Source: Callorhinchus milii (lineage: Eukaryota). Taken from it: a stretch of DNA of 64,000 nucleotides. The notes below the pieces were generated by a model, which was not told the origin of the DNA, made no database searches, and saw nothing but the letters and a program-made list of their open reading frames with translations. The stretch covers positions 88,228,001 to 88,292,000 of the forward strand of contig NW_024704742.1 of assembly GCF_018977255.1 (NCBI RefSeq). Reading direction: 5' to 3'. A program made the translations under genes and the position numbers. Of the stretch, positions 1-13,035 are shown in pieces (position 1 is the stretch's first letter; each line of letters starts with the position of its first letter).

Positions 1-165
1 CGACTGTTTGTGGGACATTGCTGTGCGCAATTGGCTGCCGCGTTCGCCCACAAAAAATATACAGTCAATTCACGTTACAGTGTGTTCTGTGAAGCGCTTT
101 GGGACGTCCTCCTGACGTGAAAAGCGCTATATCAAATGCAAGGATTATTATTATTATTATTATTA
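1..165 (+). mobile_element. 3' part of a young tRNA-Ala-headed SINE (family A), cut by the window edge
   Basis: Near-identical to 9449-9598; ends in the stem-loop AGCGCTTT...ACGTC..GACGT..AAAGCGCT followed by (ATT)n. Confidence 0.9.
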
Positions 166-1642
166 TGTGGCTTAATTACTTCCAGACCAGGAGGAGCGAA
201 AGTGCCATCATTGGAGCATAGGACCAGGAGGAGGTCATTCAGCTTATTGAGCCCATTCTGCTAGTTTATTAGATCATGATAGATAGTTTAATCCAATTGC
301 CCTGCTTTGCATTTTTGATTAGCAAACACAAATCTGGATATTCGTGATGCATGGTGTGTGTTCAGGCATTGCAAACCCCATGCAAAACATCTGACCACAA
401 CCTCGGTCATGGCTGTGTGGGCACGTGGATTTCTGTACCAACCCAGTTCTTTGTGTGCACTGCAAATAGCGTGTTGCCTTGCGCTTCTAAAGTTATCTTA
501 TATTTTCAGGGGAAAGTTGTTTAAAACCAGCTGTAATGTGGGCAGAGAGATCTCACTAAATGGTCTATAAGGTTAATAATCCTTGCATTTGATATAGAAC
601 CCTTCACATCAGAAGGATATCTCAAAGAGCTTCACAGTATATTATGTAAGGTGTAATGACTGTTTTGCAGGTGAATGCAGGAACCAAAATGCACCCACAT
701 ATACCCATGAAGCGAATGATCAATCCCATTTGGGGAATGATTGGCCACGACACTGGGAGAAACTCATTTCTTTTTTCAAATAGAAACATAGGAACTTTAA
801 CATCCACCTGGGCAGGGAGACAGGGCCTTAGTTTAACGTCACACAACACTCAGCATTGCAATGAAGTGCTAAACTAGCCTGGGAGCTCAAAGTCCTGTCA
901 ACCTTGAGCGGTGATGCCTGCCTTGTGGACATGTTGATTGTGTAGGGCCCAATAAAATGCACTTCATTATCTGAGCCTGGTCCATAAAGACCTGGGACAA
1001 GTCTTGTTCTCAATAAACAATTAGACTGGACACTTAACTTGAGCTCTTTCTACTTGCACTGCAATCCCTCAGCTAGCAAAAGGCTGCATTTCATCAGTAC
1101 AGCACTTCGTAGTGATATAACACACATGTTTGTAACTTTTGCTTTGCTAAATAACGGAATACATTGGTATTATATACTATCAGCATAACAAATGCTGTGG
1201 CCAGCACCTTGGGGGCTAACATATGCTGTTCACTAGCATGACTTCGTTTTTAGACATCTGTGCTTATAATGGTAAATTATATATTAGTTTTCTGCTTAGC
1301 TGGCACTTAACACTGATTGATATCAGAATCCTATAGGCACCAAATTGAAAGGTACAGCACAGAAGCTTGCAAGTTTAAGCCCCATATCATGACCTAAGCA
1401 CACACTCTAAGCCAACCCTCCAGTGCAATACTGGGGGAGCACTTCATTGATGGAGGTGCCATCCTATTGGATAAGATGGTAAAACTGAGGACCAGTCAGA
1501 CTTTTAACATGGATGTTAAAGACCCTAAGACGCTTTTTGAAAAGAGAAAGTAGTCTCTCTTTCTCTCTTCCCATGTCCTGGCCGACATTCCCTGGATAAA
1601 ATTTGTTTCATGGCTGTTTGTGGGAAACTTGCTGTGTGCAAA

Positions 1643-1842
1643 AACAGAAGTCACTGGGAACACTCAGCAGGTACAAGCAGCATCTATGGAGAAAGGAAAG
1701 TGAGTCAACGTTTCGGGTCCACGACCCTTCGTCAGAACGTTGACTCACTTTCCTTTCTCCATAGATGCTGCTTCACCTGCTGAGTGTTCCCAGCAACTTC
1801 TGTTTTTGTTTCAGATTTCCAACAGCTGCAGTATTTTGTGAT
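1643..1842. mobile_element. Penelope-like element pseudo-LTR fragment in inverted (fold-back) arrangement, inserted into a SINE
   Basis: Arms 1640-1712 and 1736-1807 are reverse complements, with the inner 38 bp perfect. A 14-bp duplication TTGCTGTGTGCAAA flanks it at 1629-1642 and 1843-1856. Same sequence family as 17153-17318 and 31129-31266. Confidence 0.8.
1703..1738 (-). ncRNA. Minimal type-I hammerhead ribozyme motif (copy 1)
   Basis: Minus strand reads GUU-CUGACGA-A-GGGUC(GUG)GACCC-GAAA-CGUU-GACU: intact catalytic core, 5-bp stem II, palindromic ACGU stem III. Stem I is only about 3 bp in this copy. Confidence 0.65.
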
Positions 1843-2219
1843 TTGCTGTGTGCAAACTGTCTCCTATGTTTGCCTATAAATACTTGTCAAAATTTACCTG
1901 TGAAACACTTTGTGACACGTTGACGTTGCAGACACTATATAAAAATCAAAGTATTATTATTAATTGTTAATAACACTTATTTTTTAATTGACTCTTCTTA
2001 ATTTAATGGGAAAAAACTAACCTAAATAAAAATAATCCTCAAATTTCATGTCGAGAAGACGTCTCAAAGCGTTTCACAAGGATAAGGACAATTTGTTGCT
2101 GAATGTCTATTTAGTAGAACAAAGACATTTTATTCTGCAGGAATAAACTTCCACCTGATTTTTATCGTAACCTAGGCGCTGCTGGACAAGACATTGTAAG
2201 TTAATGAACATTAACCCAC

Positions 2220-2385
2220 CTTTCATTTCCTTCGTCTACCACTGGGAGTGGGGGGAGCTGGGACTGTGGGTTGTGGGGGCTTCCTTGCATATTGTGCACC
2301 GGGGATGGATGATTTGGAGGATGGGAAGAGGAAATGAGGCCTGTTGCTGTTCCACTTCGGCTTGAGTGTGTGCTGGAAAACATTC
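2220..2385 (-). CDS. GLIS3: GLIS3 internal coding exon (equivalent to human exon 8), Pro/Ser/His-rich
   Basis: (G)MFSSTHSSRSGTATGLISSSHPPNHPSPVHNMQGSPHNPQSQLPPLPVVDEGNE(R) (166 nt, phase 1-2, matching the phase-1 end of the previous exon). Acceptor ctttccAG, donor GTgggt. Resembles human SSRSGTAAG...HPSPGHNVQGSPHNPSSQLPPL...ER as recalled. Confidence 0.94.
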
Positions 2386-3498
2386 CTGGAAAGAAGCACN
2401 AAAAAAATTGGATCATTTAACACAGGCAGAACAATCTCTCGGCCACAACATGACCACAGTTAAGTATCAAGTAATGAATCTTTCCTCAAAATAACAGATT
2501 TCTTGCTGTGAAGGACTATCACATTCTGCTTTCAAAAAAAGGAAAAATAACTCAATGTATTTTCTTCTGAGGAAATCTTGGAAGAACCCAGCACTGCTAA
2601 TTCTCCTGTTTCCACTTGTCAATGATGGGAATTTCAATTGCCAATGTTGGAAATTAAAGAGATTTTAAGAGGTTACAAGATCTATTGTACTGCACTTTCT
2701 GGATGTTTGTGATTTAATATGGGACCTCTTTCCTTTCTCTCCTCTTCTTACAAAAAGCATATAAATAAAATGTTTACATAAATGGAATTTGTTGTTGTTG
2801 TTGAGGTTGCATCCTAAATGAAGGAATTCTTTCGGTAACCAAAATTACGTCAAGCACATCATCCTGACTGCTCTGAAAGTATCTAGTTTTGGAGGGAGTC
2901 AGTACGACGTACTTCCAGATTTCTTCATTAGGGAATACTGAAATCGCTGCACTTCAGAGACTACTGTTAAACATTAAGCAGTGTGTGGGTTTTGTTTCCT
3001 TTCACTCAGTGAAATGGCCAGAAGGATCACAATGGTCTATTCCAGTCTAGTGTATTCCCAAGTTCCTAAATCAGAAAGGTTATTAGATTTGTTATCATGC
3101 TGCAATCATATCGAGAGCCTTGGGCAGCAGCTATAAAACCACACAAGTAAATCTCAAGCCACTTGTTACTACCACGTGAACCAAAGACAGTATTACAGCC
3201 TTGAAATCGTTCCATGCTATCTATGTTTTAAAACCTTTTTTGGCAGATTTTGTGCTTATCAAGGTGAGGGATGTTAATGTGAGGAAATGGAACATTTCCC
3301 ATTTTCGGTAACCAGTGTCATGCATCAAGCATTACCAGATAAGCTGCTTCTCAGTTAGATGTGAAGTAAAACTCCTTCCCATCCAAATCCAACAATGTTG
3401 CCTGAGGGGACCAAACTCAAAAGAGCACCCCCTGCTGCAGTGACATGCTATTTCTGGAAGTGAGACTGCCAATTAGTACTGAATGACATGTAACATTT

Positions 3499-3819
3499 GG
3501 GGTCAAAATTGTGCTTTGTGATAACATCACTGGTGATAGTTATGACAAATGACCAAAAGTGTGGCTGAGAGAGGCCAAAGCCAGTGGTTACTAGAATAAG
3601 GATTAGTATGGATATGGGATGGCAATTCGATGGAGTAAGGATGGGTATGGGAGGGAGTAAGGAGTGGGTGGAGACTCATGTGAAATGTAAACACCGGCAT
3701 GGATTCGTTGGGCCGAAGGACCTGTTTCTGTGCTATACGATCTGTGTAAATCTGTGTACTGCTTTTAACTGTGATTTTGGTAACCCACTGATGATATCCC
3801 ATGCTACAGTTTTGACCCC
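3499..3819. mobile_element. MITE with terminal inverted repeats, PIF/Harbinger (Tourist)-like
   Basis: Left GGGGTCAAAATTGT and right ACAGTTTTGACCCC are 13/14 complementary. The inversion extends inward (GTGATAACATCACTGG vs GGGATATCATCAGTGG). Non-coding, 321 bp; TSD not preserved. Confidence 0.65.
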
Positions 3820-3829
3820 ATAGACACTT

Positions 3830-4085
3830 TCTATCTTGTGTGCTGCCGAGACTCCTGGATGAGAGCTATCTTTCCACAGCTGAATGTCAACAAGACCGAG
3901 GGTCTCCTGATTGGTTCCTGTCAGCGCCTCCACCCTCACAGGATCACCATCCAAGGATGCAAACTCCACCTCACTAAGCCAGTCCAGAACCTTGGCATCT
4001 TGTTTGACCCTCAACTATCCTTTCTATCCCACATCCGTACCATGACCCGCTCTGACTTCCCCCAGCTCCGCAACATTGGTAACCA
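3830..4085 (+). mobile_element. LINE-2 ORF2 internal fragment
   Basis: QLNVNKTEGLLIGS...VQNLGILFDPQLSFLSHI...QLRNI. Confidence 0.88.
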
Positions 4086-7000
4086 TTTAAACAACAGTGG
4101 ATATTCAGGACAAAAGACCTGAAATTCATTCCACCCACAGTCTTGGCCTGTAAAATCATTTTACCTTAAAATGAAAGATTATGCATAATTGTGCAGAAGA
4201 ACATTCTTAAAAATTGAAAATTCTTCAATTCTGTTTGAATTTCAAAGCAGATTTCCTGCAGGGCTTAAAAAGGCTAGCTTCAATGAAGACTGAATTTAAG
4301 AATTTTCCACCATTTGGCCAATATTATATTTTAAGGTAAATAGTCTCACAAGCTAAAGGCTAGGTAGAATTTGGGGCTTGAAGTGTTTAGTGAGGTCTGG
4401 CAGAAGCTTCGGTTGTACATCAGTGACATAAGTAAATAAAAAGGGATGAATAAGTCTAATAATGTTCACTTAAACAAGAAATATGACTGTGGAAGGACTC
4501 TTTTTTGTCAGTGAAGTATATATGTGCACCTCTCGCTGAGCGGGACCAAATGATTTGCAGGTAACAAAATACACTTGTAACAGCCCTATGGTATAGAGCA
4601 CAATAACACAGAGCATGCTGCGTTGCATTTACATTAAGTGACGCCTAAGGGTGTGTGTTCGTTGTCTGGATCCCTCTTTGCTGGTAAGGGTCGCCACTGT
4701 TTTCTTTTGCTGCTGGATCGCTTTTAAGTTGGCCTTGAGACATTTAAAGTGATTGACAGGCGGAACAATCAATTGGTCACGGCAGGAGAATGTATCAGAA
4801 ATGTTCATTGCTTGGGTGATTGGGAATGTTGGGGATTCACGTGGCGCTGACACTTGTGGTACTGATTAGAAACTGCGAGTTCAGCTTGGCTCTTCATTTA
4901 CACATCAATCGCAACAATTTTAATATGGAATTATTAATACATTAGGAACCAAATAATTCGCCGCAGTTTCAGGCTGACGTGAAAGTTCCACATCTCAAAT
5001 CCATAGTGTAAAATACACATTCAACAATACTTTTTATTGACTTTGGTCAGAATTGCTCAAGGTACATGCGATATACGGGTAGCATGACTGTCCACTTCGG
5101 TAACGTTTTTAAACAGAGCTCAACCGTGCCTGGAAATCCTAAACGTGCAATGAACACACATTATGGTTGAAAACGTAACTCTTTAAGCTCTTGATTCAGG
5201 GCTTTTGCAACTTTGAATGCTGCAAAATGCTTATTTGTTTAAATAAAATATTAAATCTGAGGCTATAAACTCCTTATTATTTCTTCTTCTTCAAACCTTG
5301 CACCTCCCACAGCTTAGCTGGTTAACAACTCATCCCTTGGTTCCTGAAAACTCAAACATTCTCGACTCTGGTGCAGAGTTTGTGGATTCATGTTCCGGGT
5401 TGGGGGCTTTGAACTCACAGTGTATGCTGATATTCCAGTGTAGTACTGGGGTGTGCTGCATGTCCAAAGTGCCTTCCTATCGATTAAATGTTAAATTGCT
5501 TGTCTGCCTGTTCAGATGGATGTTGAAGAACCTATGGTACTATTTGAAAAAAAGGGAGTTTCTCCCAGTTCAAACAATCCTCTGAATAAAACTGGCCATT
5601 CACTTCAAGGACATTTGTAGGAAATTGTTGTGTGTGAATTGCTTGCCAGATAAATTGATTATTCACCTCTTGGATGTTTGCAGGCCACTTCTGAACGCAA
5701 ATTGCCTGCCGAATTTTCCTACAAATACAAAGTTGCTACACTTAACAGTAAGTACTTTGAAGTGCTGTGAGACAGTTCGCTGTGATAAGATGCTATTTCT
5801 CCTAACATACACAGTCACTAAACTTTTACAGTAAATCCTATGAAGCGCTTTGAGTAATCCTCCCCACATGTAAGACCTGATATTCAAATACATGGATTAT
5901 CATGATTTCTCCCTCTGGTGGAACAAATACTCCAGTCACCTTGCGGTTCTCCCATTCTATTGTGAGATGGACACCCTGATTTTAAACTGTTCAGAAAGTT
6001 ATGAAATGTAACCGAACAATAATGTTAGACACAGAAGAATGGAATGTCACAGCACAGAAGAAGATCATCGGCCCATAAAGTCTACGCTGAACCATCCTAT
6101 TCTAATCCCGCTCCCCTGCTCGCTCTCCACACCCTTTAATATTCTTCCTCTTAAAGCATCTATTTAATCCCTTTTAAGTTAATTTATGGAGCCTGCCTCA
6201 ACAATGGTGCATAGCAGAGAAATGCACATTCCAACCACCCTCTGTGTGAAGAAAATAAAAAGAACAGAGACCGAGCCTGGCAGGAGCACTTTTTTTCCCC
6301 ACTTGCTTCTTTCTGAGTCTTATGAACTGGAGACAGTATCTATAAACCTTCTCAGCAAATTGTCATCAGTAGTAAAGTAAATCTATACTAATGGTGATCC
6401 TCTGCTTTACCTGGTGTGAGCCTGGTTTAAGTTACTTGACCAGCTTGGACAATCTTACCTGCTTACCTGCTTGACTCATGGTGTGGAGGTTATATCTACA
6501 TCAGGGATGAGAGATTTATTGATGAGGAAAGACATGAGAAACTTGGGCTGTTTTCCCTCAAACAGAGAAGGCTGAGAGGAGACCTGATAAAGAATTATTT
6601 TTAGATAATGAGAGGTTTTGATAACATGAACAAGGAGAAATTCTTTCCACTATTCGGTGAATCACTGACTTAGAGGGCAAAGATTTGAAGTCATTATCAA
6701 AAGAGCAAAGAGAAAGATAGGGAGAATTTATTTTACACAGAGGACTGTTAGGATGTGGAATGCGTTACTGTGATTATGGTTGAGACAGAATTCATATTAG
6801 CTTTCTTTTATTGGATTTTTCATTCTGTAATATTTATATTTTCAGGAAATGACTGGGTGTGACTTTGCCCGGCTCACAGACCTGGGTATCTGAACTGGAA
6901 GCGTTCGCTCACAAAACACTCAGTCACTACACTTCACAGGAAAAATCTGTGAAACCTTTTCAGTCATCCTCTTGACATGAAAGTACTATACCAAATGTAT

Positions 7001-7792
7001 ATTTGGATTATTATTATTAATGGTATTATTATCTGCAGTAGTCACCTGCACACTTGATAATTCCAATGCTTTCTTTGCTTGCTGTCCTACTTTGATCACC
7101 CATAAGAGGTTTAGAGGTACAAAGGGCAATTTCTAGACAAGGATTTTTTTCTTTACCCAAGGTAATTAACAACTGGAATAGTTTGCCAGGAAGGATGGTG
7201 GAAGCCAGGACACTGGAAGTTAAGAAGCAGCTTGAAGCTGTGATGGGAAGATCATAGGGTGGGTGTTCTGGAAGGATGGGATCAGATGGGACAAAGCAAC
7301 CAAACTATTCTTGTGATCTTGAGGTATGAGTGCACCACTCATGCTGACAAATTATTGCTGCTACTCTATATGACCACCAGAGGGCCCCTGTAGGGGACTT
7401 GAAAATATATAATAATAAAGCTTACATTTGACATAGCACTTTTCACATCAGAAGGATGACAGAGTGTTTCAGAGATACACTGTAAAGTGCAGTGTCTGGT
7501 GTTTTTGTGGTATTTGATGTATGGTCATTCCTACCACTGAGCAAATATATATGGAACAACTTCAAATTAGTTCAGTAGGAACAGAAATACATATTTACAA
7601 AGCACAGAGAGAAAATCTGAGGCTAAAAGTACGGAGACTGAAAGAGGCACTGTGGTAGAAAGTGATGCTACTGGAGATGGCTTGTTGTATCTAACGGTTG
7701 GAACATATCGTCAGGAACACTGGAGGCTGGAACAATGAACTCATTTAAAAAGCAGTTTGGTGCTGTGATGGGGCGGTGGGGGTGGGGCGGTG

Positions 7793-7839
<47 letters not shown>

Positions 7840-7860
7840 CATCATCACCATCATAATAAT
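7793..7860. repeat. (AAT)n/(CAT)n microsatellite, expanded SINE tail
   Basis: About 15 AAT units followed by CAT units, directly abutting a minus-strand SINE 3' end. Confidence 0.95.
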
Positions 7861-8967
7861 CCTTGCATTTGGTACAACGCACTTCATGTCAGGAGGACAA
7901 TCCCAAAGAGCTACACAGGATTTACTGTGAAGTGGAGTGGCTATGTATTTGAGGGTGAATGCACACAGCAATATCCCACAAACAGCCATGAAACAAATGA
8001 CCAATTTTATATGGGGGATTGTTGCCCAGGACACCAGGAGAAGCTCCCTTCTCTTTTCGAACAGTGCCAGAGATCTTTAATGTCCACCTCATTCCCTAGA
8101 AAAAATTGTTCATTCACTTCATGGCTTCGAGCCTGTTCCGACATTTAATTAGATGATGGCTGATCTGTACCTCAACTAGTCAGTTGTTATGATTAATCAA
8201 TATTGTTATTAATAATAATGATAGTCCTTGCATTTGATATAGCACCTCATCACATCTTCGAGGCATCTCAAAAGCCTTCACAGAATATAATATAAGTGAA
8301 TTGACTGTATTTTGTGGACGAAATGCGGCAGCCTATTCCACACAGCAGTGTCCCACTAGCAGTCGTGTATTTAGTGACCAAATTATTATTATTTTTAATT
8401 TTTATAATAACTGAACCTCAGAATTAACTGTCTCTGTGGTCCTGGCAAAGCCACGCGGGGAACTGGGGTACCGATGGTGGTAGAGCAGCTGTCTGGCTGA
8501 TCAAATGAGACTTGGGAGAGTTGTAGACGTGTGAGGCAAAACCCAAATGGAAATAATAAATTTTCCATTTGAGTTTTGTAAATGCAATAATATAAATGCA
8601 AATATATAAAGGCAGAGTGTTGTTGTGTATCAAATGCAAGGATAATTTAATATCCAAACCTGTTTTTGTGAACTCTTGTGAACTCAGATTAGACCAGTGG
8701 TGGCCATTTATGGCATAAATCAAGAAATATTTAATCAAGAAATTTATTTTGTTGGCTGATCATAAAGATTGGTTACTATTGGGTTAAAGCAAAAAACTAA
8801 CACTGGGAGAAGCCCTTCTATCTATCTTTGAATACAAAGGAAAAAGGGTAGAAGCTGTTGGAGGAAGAGAAACTAAAATGTCCAACAGTGGAGACACAGG
8901 CACCAAACAGTGTCCTGGCTGGCAGCAAGCAGAGGTCTCAGTGTCTCTCTCGCACTTTCAATTGTTT

Positions 8968-9283
8968 TAATAATAATAATAATAATCCTTGCATTTGATA
9001 TAGCGCTTTTCACTTCGGGAGGACGTTCCAAAGCGCTTCACAGAACATACTGTAAAGTGAATTGACTGTATATTTGTGGGCGAACGCAGCAGCCAATTGC
9101 GGACAGCAATGTCCCACAAACAGTCGTAGATTGAAAATGACCAATTTTTATTATTGTTTTTGGTTTTGGAGGGATTATTATTAGGCGTGTGGAGTAAGGA
9201 AACTTGCCCAAGGTTTCGCCCTGCCTGGAATTGAACCCAGGTGTCTCGCTTGCAAAGCGAGTGCTCTAACCACTGAGCTACAG
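8968..9283 (-). mobile_element. Near full-length young tRNA-Ala-derived SINE (family A, short form)
   Basis: Minus-strand head TAGCTCAGTGGTTAGAGC (A box), CTCGC-TTTGCAA-GCGAG (TGC anticodon arm), GGTTCAATTCC (B box); shared body; (ATT)n tail. Confidence 0.92.
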
Positions 9284-9375
9284 CTTTGATTACATTGATT
9301 ACATTGATCTTGAGCTGCTGTGATATACTCTGTAAAGCATTTTGAGAGGTCCCGAAGACATAATAAGGCACTATA

Positions 9376-9598
9376 TCCTTATTCCACACGCCTAATGATA
9401 ATCCCTCCAAAAAAACAAAACAGTAATAAATTGGTCATTTTCAATCTACGACTGTTTGTGGGACATTGCTGTGCGCAATTGGCTGCCGCGTTCGCCCACA
9501 AATATACAGTCGATTCACTTTACAGTGTGTTCTGTGAAGCGCTTTGGGACGTCCTCCCGACGTGAAAAGCGCTATATCAAATGCAAGGATTATTATTA
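9376..9598 (+). mobile_element. 5'-truncated family A SINE, inverted relative to 8968-9283
   Basis: Reverse complement of about 8978-9200 with few differences. Confidence 0.9.
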
Positions 9599-12479
9599 CA
9601 GGACTCCACAATTACTTTCACTATTATTGACAAACATCAGTAGGATTCAGCTACTGCCGAATGCAGTCACAATAATATACTGAGGTCCTCCCCGACCCCA
9701 GTAACTCGTCAGTGCCATGTTTGGCTCTGGTGATGGCTTCAGCCCTTTCACTATTGAGTTCAGACTCCCTGAGATGTCTATTTAAAGAACCAGAAAAAAA
9801 AACTGTCTGTGAAGATAATTCACAGAGATATCATGTATCTCGCGAGTTGAGCAAGGCAACCTGTGGCATTTCCTTCTTGTCTTTTCACGCCTCTACAGTG
9901 CTTAAAGCAACCGAACGCACAGCTTCTAAACAGGTTTTTTATAAACAAAACAAACAAAGATTTTGTTTTATGAAAAGGACGAATGTCTGGCAGGCATTTG
10001 AAGGCGGCAATTCGCCCTCAGGATTCTGGCAGGGTTCGTGAACAACTAGTGCTTTACACTTGTCGTTGCTGATGTTATCAGAACTGCTTGATTTAATTAA
10101 TTAAAGTGCTTTTGTTGAAATTCGCTGTCAGCCTGCTCACTGACTTGCACTGAGGGTGTTTTTGATCTCAGAGTCTGATAGAAAGGCCATGTATAACCCA
10201 GATCGTTGAACTGTTAAGTCATGCGCATGAAGAATTCAGGAACCCAAAGGCAAATGTCAAGGACCTATTAGTCGTAATACCAAAACAGAAAAAAACAGAG
10301 ACAAGGGGTTTAGCCTCTTTATGCCCGTGTCTCACAAACAGCTCATGTCTTGGGACTAAATCCCTTTCAGCCCTAAAACAAAATCAATTACAGTGCCTAC
10401 ACAGTCAGATTCTCAGTTTAGAGAATTCAGCCTCTTGTTATTAAAATATATTAATTTTCCTGCTTTTTAAAACTCAGCAGGATATTGATGTTCATTCTTG
10501 TAAGGACTGCCATAAGAAAAAACAGCTGCTTTCAGGAAGTGGATTCATCATTTTAATCCCTTCATCATCGTAGCATTAATAATGCAATGGAATCATGTTA
10601 TTTCAGACAAAAGCTGAATTCTTCTCAGTCTCTTGATAGCTCTCGTTCATTCTCCAGACAGGGGGATGACTAGACAGGTCATTTAGGCTGCATCAGGTAG
10701 CTGTCCGGGTGATACAACTGGAACCAGGTCGCCCCTGACACCAAAGCTCTGTCCGATTTGATGGCAAAGAATAGCAACCGTCTCCTAAACACCAGCCCCA
10801 TGGAAACATACACCCATTGATTGACTGATCGCTCATGTGAATGCTGAACACACAAGTTTATCAATTTAAAAAAAAGGGACAGATGAAAAGTGCTCTCAAT
10901 TCCACATTGTCTCCGCTAAACTTCCAGGTTTTTCAACATGTATGTTATGTAGAGGTAACCCTACAACTCCTTCAGATGAGACTGTCTTTTTGATGAGATG
11001 TTAAACTGAGGTCTATCTGTGGACGTTTAAAGATCCCATGAAAAGAGAAGATAGTTTCTCCCAGTGTCCTGGACAACAATCTCCCAGATAAAATTGATCA
11101 TTCACTTCATGGCTGTTTGTGGACACTGCTATGTGGAAATTGGCTGCCACATTCACCTACAAATACACAGTCATTACAATTTACATCCTATATAAATCCT
11201 GAGAAGCGCATTGAGATGGCCTCCTGACGAGAATTGTGCAAGATCAAATTCAAGGGTTGTTATTATTATTAATAATCTGGAAGGGCATTGGTTTGAAGCG
11301 TCCTGTTTGTTTGGATAACTGTTAACCTTCTATCGGCCATTGCAGTGACTAAAAGCATATGATATGATGGAAACCTCACTGGGTTTGTGGTCAGGTACAT
11401 ATTTTTTAGATAAAACCAGGAAGAAGGTGGTGGATCGTTCAGTAAGAATACCATGCATACCTGATTGCTCAAAATGCCTTGCCACTTGACAAGGTGGATT
11501 AAGTTTGTAAAACAAGCTGATTGTAAAATCTCAGCAAGCAGTAGCACTGTAATGCACAACATGTTAGGCACTTAATGCTACTTCAGGCACATTTAGAATC
11601 CGTCTTAGTTATGTTTTCAGTGCTTTGCCAGTTATAGATCATGCGCTGACCTTTTCAGGGAGGAAAAAGGTCAAGACAATATTTTTCGTAAAAGGCGGCC
11701 AGAAAAATCTTGAAGATGGTTAAGTTTTCTGAAAGTATGGGATGAGAAATGTGATGTTTTGTAACAGTGATTTGATATGATATGGATTCAAACTTATCGG
11801 AAAGGAAAGTAGCAGAGAGTTGTGAGGGGATTGCAATTAAAATGAGGGGAGGTATTAAGTTAAGTGTCTTGGGCCCCTCCTCTTGGTTGTATTCATTAAT
11901 GACCCGGTTTAGCAGATCCAGTTTAAGGTAGTCCACAACAACAACTTGCATTTAAATAGTGCCCTTCACATAGGATAATGTCTCAGAGAGCATCATAACA
12001 GGTTAGACAGGGTTCAATTTGCAAATGACATTGATTTGGGGGGAATTTATTCCTCACCAAACAGTCCAAGCGATCTGAGGCACAAGACAAACAGGATGCT
12101 CGGTGATATTACCAAATCAGTTGAGTTCAGTTCCCTGGAAGCCACATAGAGCTGTGGTCAGGCTGTATCTAAAGTACTCCATCCAGTTGTTGTCATCAGG
12201 ACATAAGGGGGCTGCTCAGAGCCCAGACTCAGTGCAGAGGAGAGCAAAACACAGAAAGATGATACCCAGAGTTAGAGAAGTTTAGAAAAATAAACTATGT
12301 GCAATGATTAGACAAACTGGACTCTTCGATCTTGAAAAGAAATTTCTCCAAGGGCATCTTATAGAGGTATTTAAGATTTAAATGGGATTCAGGAATTAAA
12401 CTCAGAACAATAATTTCTGACTACAGAACAAGGTTTAGAGTTGCAAAGAACAATTTCAGGACAGACACCAGCAAGTATT

Positions 12480-13035
12480 TCCCAACTTGGCCTCCTCAAT
12501 GCCTCCCTCCATAGGCTGCAGAACATCCAGAACTCTGCAGGCTGCATCCTCTCCCGCACCAGGCTCTGTGACCCTATTATCCCCCGTTCTCGCCCGACTC
12601 CACTGGCTTCCCATCACACAGAGGATACAGTTCAAGATCCTGGTCCTCATCTCCATGGCCTTGCTACCCCCTACCTCTGCGACTTCCTAACCCCCAACCA
12701 TCCTGCTCGCTCCCTCTGCTCAGCGGGCTCTGGCCCCTGCTTCACGTCCCCCACCTCGCCTGCCCCACCATTTGCGGGCAGGCCTTCAGCCACTCTGCCT
12801 CTACCCTCTGGAACTCCATCCCGCAGTCCCTCCACCTATCCCCTCCCTTGCCTTCTTCAAGACCCCTCAAGACCTTCCTCTTTGACTGTACTTTCGATCA
12901 CCCTCCTTCCCTCCCTGCCCTCCATCCTCCCCGATCCCAACCCCCAGCTCGGGTCTGAAGCACTGACTGTCCAGCACTCTGGGACGTCCTCCCGATGTGA
13001 AAGGCATGATACAAATGCAATTTTGTTGTTGTTAT
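12480..13035 (+). mobile_element. LINE-2 3' fragment
   Basis: LHRLQNIQNSA...LARLHWLPITQRIQFKILVL; tail GGGACGTCCTCCCGATGTGAAAGGC plus (TTG)n. Confidence 0.9.

Larger units (their letters stand above)
1330..1960 (+). mobile_element. Family B DeuSINE-type SINE hosting the Penelope-like insert
   Basis: CCAGTGCAATACTGGGGGAG...GGAGGTGCC...GGATGTTAAAGACCC...CTGTTTGTGGGA, then the insert, then the SINE tail. Confidence 0.75.

Noticed and set aside
2400..2400. Ambiguous base n near the exon acceptor
   Set aside because: A single-base assembly ambiguity in the intron, 15 nt from the exon; it does not affect the AG or the reading frame.
7735..8148. 137-aa ORF with poly-Asn/poly-His
   Set aside because: Translation of an (AAT)n/(CAT)n SINE tail and antisense SINE sequence.
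8967..9683. Recurrent ORFs ending KCKDYYYY that look like a small gene family
   Set aside because: They are translations of the SINE consensus and its (ATT)n tail, repeated wherever the SINE occurs.
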